DNA of 64,000 nt from Monocercomonoides exilis PA203 (lineage: Eukaryota; Protista; Preaxostyla), in contig LSRY02000012.1 in assembly GCA_001643675.2 (NCBI GenBank), positions 248,001 through 312,000 on the forward strand, in the 5' to 3' direction. This document shows positions 33,151-43,927 of the stretch, piece by piece (position 1 is the first letter of the stretch; each line of letters starts with the position of its first letter). The position numbers and the translations under genes were made by a program. Below the pieces are notes generated by a model that worked only from the letters and a program-made list of their open reading frames with translations, ran no database searches and was not told the DNA's origin.

Positions 33151-36100
33151 AGACATTTCATCATCTTCTTCTTCTTCCTTATCCTCTTCCTCTTCTTCCT
33201 CCTCCTCTTCTTCCTCCTCCTCTTCTTCCTCCTCCTCATCCTCTTCCTCCTCTTCCTCTTCTTCCTTGTCTGATTTATCTCTTTCATCTGATTCCTCTTT
33301 GTCTTCCTCTTCTGCTCCTTCTGTAAATCATTCTTCTTCAATTCCAAATGAAATGGAGTTTTTGAATGACTTTTCTTCTTCTTCTTCTTCTTCATTCACA
33401 TCTCCTCTTCCTTCTCTCAACAAGATTTCTAACAGTTCTTTCTCTTTCTTCCTTTCTCTTTCTCTTTTTCTTTTTTTATTTCTCCCACGCAATTCTTCCA
33501 ACTCTCCTCTTCCTCCTCCTCTTCTTCCTCAAATCTTCCTTTCTCTTCATCTCAAACATTTCCTCAGCAAAATCTGAAGAAAATTAACTTTCGTATGCTT
33601 TACGATCGTTTTTGAAAAGAATTCTATTTCATTTTCATCATTTTCTTCAAAACAATAAAGAAAATGAAAAAAAAAATTTTTTTTCTTTTTTTTGTATTGT
33701 TTTCTGTGTGAAAGAAGGAGAAGAAAAAAAAATATAAGTTGAAATTACTAAAAATAAAATTTTCCAAACTCCTTTTTCGATTTTTTTTCATTTATTATTT
33801 CATCATCATCTTTTTCCTCTTCTTCTTCCATTTGTTTCTCTTTTTCTCACAGTTGTGCTTATTTCAAGCAGCATCAATGTGTCGAAGTGCATTTTTGAAT
33901 AGCCGAAAAGACGTTGTGAGAAGAGGTTAACTCGCTTTTTGCTGAAATGACTGATCATGCACTGAAACTTCTGCATATTTCCCTTATTATTCTAAGGCGA
34001 CAAAAAAGTGTGTTGTTATTTTTCTTATTTTATTTATTCGATTTTAAAACAAAAAAGCTGTCATATGGTTCGCTGCAAGTGTTCTTTGAGCAAACAGATC
34101 ATAGCGTTCAACGTTTGTTGTTTTGCTAATTTGCGTCATTGTTCAAAAAATGACGGCTTCTTTTGTTTTTTCAGCCAATTTCCTTCCAATGCAAGAACCA
34201 GAACTAACTTTCACATTAGTTTTACAAAAGATGGTTGTAATGCTCATGAATGTATCACTTTGGTATATGATCATCGATGAGCGGAATGTGTCGTTGTCAC
34301 AGATGTGCGTCATATCGCCAGCGCATTGAGTGATTTTGAAGCAGGCGATGAAGAAAGAATAGCTTGAGCAAAAAGACTTTATTGAAGAAGAGCCGGCAGA
34401 ACTGGATTCTTCGAGAAAGAAAAAGAAAGTGAAAGATCCAAAAGGAAATGAAAGCGGAGCTGAGAACATTGAAGATTCAGAAGAAGACAGAAATCCAAAA
34501 GGAAAAAGTGACAAGTTTTCATCAAAAAGTTAAGTGAATGACAAAAGAACTGGGAAAATGAAGACGAGCCAGTTGAAAGGGAAAAAAACAGAGAAGAAAG
34601 AGAAAATACCACGCCAAAGCAAAAAACATCTAAAGTTCTGATTTTGGAGCGGACATTGAATCTGATGAATTCTGTTCTGATAGAATCAGAAGAATAAGAA
34701 ATGAAGGAGAAGCAGAAGATAATCGAAATCTTTACAAATAAAAAGATTCAATAGCAGAAAACAGCAAACGGAAATGCAGATAAGAAAGCAACTCAAAAGA
34801 AGAAGAAGAAGAAGAGCGGGCAGATGAAAAGAACAAATTCACATTTGAAGCGAAAGAAATCAAAGAGGAAGAGAGGTTCTGATGAAGGAAGCGACGAAGA
34901 TGATGAAGACGACATGAACATTACAAAAAAGAAGAGTGTAACGAAGAAGAAGAAGAAGAAGAAGAAGAAGAAGAGGGAAAGGGAAAAGGAGTGGGAGAAG
35001 AAGAAGAGGAAGATGTTGACGAAGGATAGGAAGAAGAAGAGGAAGAAGAAGAATTCTTTTCGAATGAGCTTTAATTCGATGACTTCCGCGAAAGTTTTCA
35101 TTTGATTGGCTTGCAAAATGCTTCACAATCGTCATCATCGTCATCATCATCATCACCACCATCATCATCACCATCATCATCTTATTCTTATTCCACACAA
35201 ACTTATTTCTTTTTCGTCTTTGTTGAAAAAGTCTTATTCTGCTTCAATATTTTCCGATTTTTTGTGATCAATATTCTGTATCTTTTGTTTATTCTGTTTA
35301 TTCTGTTATTTCTACTAAATCCATCTCTTTGCCTTTTCATCCTTGTTGCTATTTTATACAAAAAACGTTTAACTCTTTTATAATCAGATTCGCATGAAAA
35401 GCAATCCCCATTTCTTCATTGAGTGAATATTCATTCAAAGAAACATATGCCGCCACATCATTTTCTTCTCCCCTCCCGTTCATTTATGAAAAACGCCTTC
35501 AGCTGGTAAAGCTCAGCACTCTTCAGTTTATACGATGTCAGGCAAACGAGTGCTTTTGCAGTATCAATCTCACTCTTTCCTCCGGAGCTCCTTCAAATTC
35601 GACTCTTCAACATGTGAAGTTATTGTTCCAACATTATTCTCATCGCGGTCTAAATGCATGAATGTTCATTTACAACTGTAATCACTTCACCATCTGCGTT
35701 CATTCCAGTTAAAGCAGCCTTATTGCTCACAGATCTTTAATATCAAAATAAAACTTTTTTCAAAAACGAATTTGAGAATTATTGAGTTATATATATATTT
35801 TTTAGCTTTAAGTTTTTCAGAAAGAGAAATTCCTATTGAATAGTTTTAAGGAATGAGATTTTTTTTGAAAAAGAAGGATGAAGATGATGATGGTTTTATC
35901 GTGTGAATAACTTATGAAAAATGTCTGCTTTGAAAGTGCCTTAGAACTTTTCGATATTTGTTCCATTATGTTTTGAAAATTTGAGATGATGAATAAGGAA
36001 TAAGATTTGTTACGCTTGCCTTTTTTCGAGTTATGAGAAAAATAAATAAAACCAACAACTTTCAGAATATGAATTGCTTGTTCTTTGAAAAATTAAAGAA

Positions 36101-36805
36101 TATCAATCAACAGAATGAATCAACATTTGAAATGAATAAATAGAAATTGAGCGGATTCATTTTGCAAAAAAAAAAAAAAAAACTGAAACGAGTTTGTTCA
36201 AGAATGCATTGCCAACAAGAACAATTGCTGGATTTTCAATTCAAGTCTGTTTAACAATAAAGCATTCAATCTTGTATCAAGATAACGAACAAAACACATT
36301 CAATTTTTTATTATCGGTTGTGTATCATTAAATACTGAATAATACTTTGAAATTTGAGTTGATAAAATCATTTCTGTTCGTATGCTTGGACATTTAAATA
36401 TTGAATCACTTCAAAAAAACCTATAAGGTTAATCATATTGCAAACAATAAAATCTCAAGGTCAATCACATTCTAAGCGATTTTAAACCTCAAAAAAATAA
36501 AGCAAACATATCTTTATTTGATGTGAACTTCAATATTCAAAATAAATAAAAGAATTACGAGTTTATCGGTTTCTGAAAAGCCAAAATAATGTGAGATGGA
36601 TTTATATAATAAAAGCTCTTGGAGATATTGAAATGTTTCAAGTGTTTGTTATCAAAAATCGTTTATCATTCTGGAATTGCTTTGTTGAATTTCCTGTCAA
36701 TAATGAAAAACAAAACTGAATCTCGAAAAAGAAAATTATATTTAACAAAAAATAAACAGTTGCAAACCTGTTGATTATTCTGTTGTTATTGAAGAAATGA
36801 CTGAT

Positions 36806-39800
36806 TCACAACAGCAACAAATTGTTCAGAGTTTCCAATGACAAAGAATGACGTTTGTCACCAACAATTCTTCTAATTCTGGAGAATGCTCTCTCGCATG
36901 ATGCCTCGCTGCAGGGCGAAGCAACTAAGGCAAAACAAATGTTTGAATAAATATGAGTGATGAGACTTGATTTGCCAATTTCGGTGTAATAAACAAATGG
37001 ATCGTCTTGTGTTATTGCTTGCCTTCTATCCAACAAAAATGAAGTAAATAACGCCTCTATTTGCGTTTGAAGATCACGACTTTTATTTGAAAGCACTTGT
37101 TTGACGTAACCTTCAAATCCGCTCTTCAAACGCAAAAACCAATCGTTAAAAATGACTTTTTGGATATCCTGTAGAATTTGTAATCTTTGTTCGTGATCGC
37201 TGATGTTTGAGTAAGAAATTCTAGCATTTGATCCAAGATCTATAACATCTTCGTCTTCACTAAAGATTAACGTTTGATCATTTTCCTTATCCATATCTTC
37301 TTCCATATCTTTTTCATTCAATAAGAGATTATCCTCTTGATCACTTGCTGAGCGCGTGGTTATCGACTTATCAATAAAGCTTCTTTTTTTTTCGATAAAT
37401 TCGGAAGTTTTGAATTCATCATCTTCTTCTAATTCCTCAGCCTCTTTCAATCCAAATGTTTCTTCGAACAAGTCATTTGAATCTTCGTCTTCGCAGTCGT
37501 CGTCATCGTCTTGATTTGTAACATCAAATTCTTTATATTCGCTCCTTTTTTGCAATAATTCAATGTAATGAAGAATTTGAAAATAGTGATATGAAAAGTC
37601 TTTATTCGAAGATAACTGCTCTTGTTCCAAACTTTTTCCTTGAAGCAAAAATGAAACCGTTGATAACGTGTGCTCATCATTTATTTTTCTTTTTTCGTAC
37701 TGATAAAGTGCATCATGAAATCCTTCAACAGTCAATGACGAAAACCCTGGAGGTTCTAAGAGATCAAAAAACTTTGATTGTTTATCGGAAAAATAAATAT
37801 TTTCTTCTCTCGTTTTTGATTCTTTCGGTGAACAATCACAAGCCGTTTGAAACAGTTTGTTGATTGAATTCGATGAATAATCTTTTTGAATTGATGGTTC
37901 ATGTTCACAGATTGGAGAAGCAGAAGAAGAAGAACATATTGAAGATGACTGAAAAACTGAATCGAAGGATGATGAAGATGATGATTGATCACTTATATTT
38001 GAGTGTTTTTGGTTTAATGATGTTGGGTGCAACAAAGAATCTGAATTTCCTTTATTTGATATTTTATTCAATTCAATAAATTCTGATGAATACGAATTAA
38101 TGAATAAACTTTGTTGGTATTGTTTAGTTCCAATGGGAGTGAGAGAAAAAGCCAAGGCAAACATATTTCCTCTTTGACCTGATAAAGTGTAATTGAATAG
38201 ATTAATAATAATATTGCACAGGCCTCTTTGCCATTTTTCTTCTGAAAAACATTTCAAATCTAGCATCCAATAGAACTGAGCAAATGCTTTGAGCAGAAGA
38301 GGAAAGACATTTCCAAGTTTTGTTAACTCATTTTCAAATTGCAGTTGTAACGTTTGAAGAGGCAGTAAAAGCAGTTCAAACTTTGAAACTTCAATTAACT
38401 GGATATCTTTCAGAATGTCCGTGAATAAGTCGTTGTCTTTGTTTTTAAATATGAAATTGCAAATATTGAAAATGCAAAGCCATCTTGTTTGAACGAACGC
38501 TGGGCAGATTGGGATTGACGGGTTCTTAACAGCTGCTGCTCTTGATGATCTTGAAAATTGAATTACACTTTCTTTCAGTTGCTCAAAAAATGGATCACTT
38601 TCAAGAAAGTGAGAAAGAACCAAATTGACGATGTGATTGCAACAGTAAATAAAAAATGGGGGTACGAAAACACTTTGGGTTGTCTCCTTTCTTGTTGAAC
38701 AAATATTTGATAATTTTTCCATTGCTAACCTCTGAGGAAGTAATCCATCAGTACAAAAACAACGGATTTCTGATGAAACAGCTTTGATCTCCTCCGATAA
38801 TTCAACTGCCAGTTCATAATAATCGCTTGTTGTTGAACAAGATTTTTTCAGTGACCAGAACATTGATTTTTCTTTGAAGTCTAAAGGGATAACTGTAACA
38901 ACTGTGTATTTTTTCTTTGAAACAACACCTCCATCGATCATCACTCCGACCATCGTATTTGCAATCTTTTCATTTCTTTCCTTCTTTTTCCTTATTCCTT
39001 CCTGTTTCATGAATGCTGCAAGTTTCCGACATGTTAAATGAGGGAAAATCATATTTGGTGTTAGTGTTGGATTTTGTTGCGATTTTTGAATTAAATTTCT
39101 AATGAAGGAATTGAATTCAACCGAATATGAAGACAAAAACGCGATGTTGCAATGACTGATCAATCTTAAAAATTGCTCTAATAATCCCCCGAATTGATGA
39201 TGTTGGGTTGACATGATTGAATATGTTGTTTGCTCCGAAGATTGCTGAGCTGTTCGATGATTGATAAAAGAAAGCATTGTTGATTTATTCAGTAATGAAC
39301 ATTTATGATCAGATATTTTCTTTGATCCTTTTCTTGCAGAAAAGCCACAGTCAATTCCAGATTTGCTATTGACGCATAAATAATGATGATGGCCATCTTT
39401 TTTCAGAGATCCATCTCTTAAAACAGGTGTGTATGCAATCCAAATACTTCCTTCACTTTCCACGAAATGCACATTTCCGATTTCTTCTCCACTTTTGTTG
39501 GGGTGAAGATAATCTTTGAATAGGTTAAAATAGAAAAAACAGAAATATAAATTATGCACACAATTTCCATTTATTGTGACTTTTGACAAAACAAGATTAA
39601 CAAAGGAACAATTTGCATTTTTTAACTCTTCACATTTCTTCGTAAAAACAGAAGGCTATTTTTCATGAAAATAGAAAAATAAAGAATTCACATTTAAAAA
39701 AGAGTTTTAAATGAAAATGACACATTAATTTTTGTTTTCAGAGAGATTTTCAGATCGATAGGAAGTGTGGAAGTGACTGCTTCTGGATCATCATCTTTCA

Positions 39801-39822
39801 AAGAATCTGAGAAATTCGACAT
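36806..39822 (-). CDS. hAT-family DDE transposase (3 exons: 39822-39724, 39655-39562, 39513-36806)
   Basis: VMIDGG, FCTDG, FIYCCNHIVNL, VQTRWL, SLTP, SEASCERAFSRIRRIVGDKRHSLS. Clearly paralogous to the hAT-1 transposase, with introns at equivalent positions and phases. Confidence 0.92.
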
Positions 39823-40658
39823 AGCGACAACTCGACTGATCTATGTCACTCGACTGATCTCGACAAAGATCTGTCGATACCCCATAAAAAATGTCTCTAA
39901 ATTTTTTTTGAATTATTATTTATTAATCAGTTAATAACACCAGAATATTTTAATAAATGAAAAAATTGAATGACTATTTGAAAAATTGAATTTATTTCTC
40001 GTTTTTTTTATCAAAAAAATGATCAAAAAAAAAAGTTGTATTGTCGGTCGACTTGTCGAATGGTTCAAAAAATGTCGGTCTGTCGCAGAGGCCTAGATTC
40101 ATTGTTGAAAATTCGTTAAAAAAATGTGTTTATTAAGTTTCAACAATCAACAAATGAGTTGTGAATTTCAGTTTCATTACCAAAAATTAAACTATAATTT
40201 TCAAATATTTAAAAAAACATAAAAATTTTAATTCAAAAACCAACGGATTTTCTTCTAAATTTTTCTTTCATCAAAAAATCTTCATTTAAATTGTTGTTAT
40301 TAACAGAATCTGTAGATCTTTCATCATCTTTGAAGTTTTCTTTTCATTATCCATAAAAAATATTGAATGGATCTGTCCAACCTATTGAGTGATAATGCCT
40401 TTGAAATAATGTTCTGATTGGATTTTTCAATAAAAATCATAATTTCTCAAAACAAAAAATATCATTCGATGAATGACGATATTTGAATGTGTCAAATTTG
40501 GTGAAATATTGATTATAATTCACAGTTTAAATCGGGACCCAATATGTTACATCTTACCAAAGATTCAACATGACTGTCAATGATATCCACTCAAAAAAAT
40601 TACGAAGAAATTATTAATATGTGCGATTTGATCATATAATATTTTTTACTTCAAAATC

Positions 40659-43600
40659 ATGCTTGTATTACTGATATTAAATATAGCGAACTTGTATCAT
40701 TGTTCTCCGTGTAATTTAAAAGCATTTGAGCCTGCTCCATGGAAGCAGGTTGAATCATGCTTGCAAAATTTACCAGTTTGTTTTTCCAACTGTTATCTTT
40801 TTTCGTAATGGACATTATCTTTTTTTCATATTTTTTAACAATAGTACGATAAGGATTCTGAAGAAATAAAATCTGTTATACCGACAATTTTGAAGTATAT
40901 GGATGGATATGCATTTCGAGATATAATGCTGAATCCTCCATCTCCTCATGAATATCAAGCTATTGATATCGTGAAGGAACTACAAGATATACAAAATGGT
41001 TCATGGCCCGATGGATATTCTTTTTATGAGGCTATTGGCACAACATTCTCAAAGTTGAAGGATCCCCACACCCTGTACACTTTTCCTTGCTCAATGAATT
41101 TTATGTACCTGCTTCCATACACTTTTACTATTGAAATTATAGATATCAAAGGAGAAAATCAAACAGTTGTCACGTGCATGGATAGCATTCTTAACGGTTG
41201 GACATCTGCTTACGTTCAACAAAAGCAAGTGGATCTTCGTCTAAAAATAATTACACATATTGCTCTTGATGGAGAAGATTACGTGGAAGGAGAAACGGCA
41301 GCAGAAACTCTTTCAAGGTGGGCAGAAGAAAATAGTCCATTATCGCGCACACCTTCTGCCAGGCTGAATAATGCCCTTTCATCAGAATTCTCAACAAGGG
41401 CTGCATCACTCTATCATCGCCCGAAAGGAGACATACGAGTTAAATGGAGATCACTTAGTCAAACCGGAGAAGAAGGACCCGAAAGTGAAGCAACAATTGA
41501 GTGGTTCGGACTCGCTGGAACCGATGTGAATGAGCTGACAACTATTTGTCCTCTTCGCAAGAGCAAACAGACAAACAGAATCAATTCAAATCAAAATAAA
41601 AATTCAATATTTGAACAAAAAATTCAACAAAAAATTATGAAAATGAAGACTAATTCCAAAGAATCAGCAATGAAGAGTCTTGATGAATCAAAACAGCAAT
41701 TAAAATACATTGAGACAAATAGAACGAAAGCAATAGCAACACTTTTGACTGAAAACGAAGAAGTTCAGGAGATACTGCACAAGATGCAATTGTACGATAG
41801 GTTTAGAGGAACTGGCTCTGAAGTGTTAGCTGGAAGCTCATTTATCAAGGAAGAACTGAGAAAGAGAGAGTTTAATGTGGATAAAAACGGAAATCCACAA
41901 ATACATCTGAAAAAGAATGTGGGGTTTGCAAACTTCGGAATGAATGAGTCAAACGAAGATGGTCACTTGAACAGAAAAATTGTGGAAAAAGTGAATAAAA
42001 TGGCAGACAAATTAAAAACCCAGAATCCAGATCTCCGCAAAAGACTATTCAACCAATCATTAACTTCTTCTTCCTCTTCCTCTTCATCTTCATCTTCCTC
42101 ATCTTCCTCATCTTCTTCTTCGACTTCTTCTGCATCCACTTCGCATTTGAGGGACGGACTTATTCAAGTGACCAAAGGCGAGCATGTTTTGGGGGTGATC
42201 TTCGAAGACGACAAAGCAGCGCTGCTGTCTCTTGCCACATTCGACATCCCATTCGGCGCTCCTCTTTTGCAGTTCGTCATCGACATTGTCTCGCTCTTTG
42301 ACCAGATGGACCGCAGAAACATCACCAAGCTTGTGATTGACGTGAGGCAGAACCTGGGAGGGTCGGTGGCGCTGGGGCAGCATCTGTTCCACTTCCTCTT
42401 TCCGAATGCGTTTCCTTCTGGAATCGAAGCTGATCTTGTGGCGACAGAACTAAACGAGGTGCTGTTCTCTGCGCTGCTGGAAGCAGAGCTCGGGATGGAG
42501 ATTGTGGACTGGAAGACACTCGAGAACAAGAGTCTGATCACGGTGTTTGGGAGCGAGAGGAAGGAAAGGGTGGAGCAAGGCAGGGAAGGAACAGCACTTG
42601 AAGGAAGAAGCAGGAAGAGGCAGTGGAGCGGGAGATTCTCAATGGCATTTGACGATTCTGATCTCTTTGAGTTCCTGTTCCGAATGACAGCGCTTCAAAA
42701 GCCTCGAAAAGAACACACACAGCCAGTTTCTCTTTTGTCTGCATTTCAGTCTGATGCAACAGTACACAACACCTCATCTTCTTCTCTGCCCAATGCAAAT
42801 TTCTGGCCCCGTCCGAATCTTCTTGAGCCAAGCGACGTGGTCATCCTTACAGACGGCACATGCGGCTCGACTTGTGCCAATGTGATGAAGCATGTGCGGC
42901 AGGAGTCGCTGGCACGTGTGGTGACACTCGGCGGGTCGATGAAGCGGAAGGAGATTCCACCGGACATTGCGTCGTTTGCAGGCGGCGTGGTGTTCAGCTC
43001 GGCGATGATCGCTGGAATCGACTGGGAGGCGTCGATGAAAGCCGCTAGCGAAGAAGAGAGGAAAGAGATCGAGAGGATGAAGACGATCATCCCAGAGCCA
43101 TTTCCGCGGGAAACGACAGCGCTGAGCTTCACGCTTGTGAACAACTATGGATTCAACGTCTCGAAGCGGGATGAGCTGCTGGAGTTTGCGGTTGTTCCAG
43201 GCGATGTGAATATTCAGTACTATCCGCACCCAGTCGACAGGACAGCCGAAGGGCGCCTGTCTATTGCGCAGGCGTTTGGGTTTCCGATGTTTAACGTCTG
43301 CTTCGAGTGGGAAGTGAAAGCAGACGAAGAAGGCTGTGCAGGAAAAGCGAAGGAGATGGAGGATGAACATGCTGTGTATGGCCATCCCTGCTCTGCTGCT
43401 GAGCACAAGTTTGACACAAGCACATGCAAGTTTGCCAGGTGCCAGAACGGATACTATCGCTCTTCACAAGGGAAATGCGAGCATATTCCACTGCGCGCTG
43501 GGCTGAGGCAACAGGAGATTCCTGTTATTAGAAAAGAGCTTCCATTTGAACAGCTTCAAGTGAAAGATTCGAAAGAATATCAAATTTTGAATGCCATTGT

Positions 43601-43751
43601 TGTTATATTAGCTGTGTTATTGGGAATTGCGGGTGCATCAATTATTGTGCTTATTGCAATGTTGATGAAGAAAAGCAAAAAATCTCCTAAAAATTCAGTT
43701 AAATATCAAGTTCTTGACATGAAAGCTGGAGACGAAGAAGAACTTGTTTAA
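40659..43751 (+). CDS. Membrane-anchored peptidase S41 (tail-specific protease/CPAF-like) family protein
   Basis: Exon 1 40659-40775 (signal-like MLVLLILNIANLYHCS), intron 40776-40844. Motifs LKDPHT, KLVIDVRQNLGGSV, VILTDGTCGSTCA (nucleophile Ser) and VTLGG; Cys-rich stalk; C-terminal TM ILNAIVVILAVLLGIAGASIIVLIAML-MKKSKK. Confidence 0.82.
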
Positions 43752-43927
43752 CATTTGAAATTAAAATTGTAATTATTATTATTATGTTTTTATACAATTC
43801 ATTATTTTTGTTTATTATTTAATACACATGATAGTTTAAGCTTTATTTGAAATTCAAAACCTCTTTTATTGTACTGATCAAAAAATGATCAAGCAATTCC
43901 TTAGTTTGTTATTTTTGATTTTTGTGG

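Larger units (their letters stand above)
31522..40095 (-). mobile_element. hAT-2: complete hAT-family DNA transposon (8574 bp) with cargo
   Basis: Perfect 14-bp TIR taggcctctgcgac (31522-31535) / gtcgcagaggccta (40082-40095); perfect 8-bp TSD gattcatt (31514-31521, 40096-40103); internal transposase; subterminal GTCG/CGAC repeats. Confidence 0.95.

Noticed and set aside
32780-35200. Many overlapping K/R/E- or S/L/F-rich ORFs
   Set aside because: Artefacts of stop-free (GAGAAA)n, (GAA)n and (TCT/TCC)n tracts.
22802-40095. One composite 17-kb transposon or Polinton/viral element
   Set aside because: Each element has its own TIR pair and TSD; the outer ends share no direct TSD; no polB, capsid, ATPase or integrase genes.
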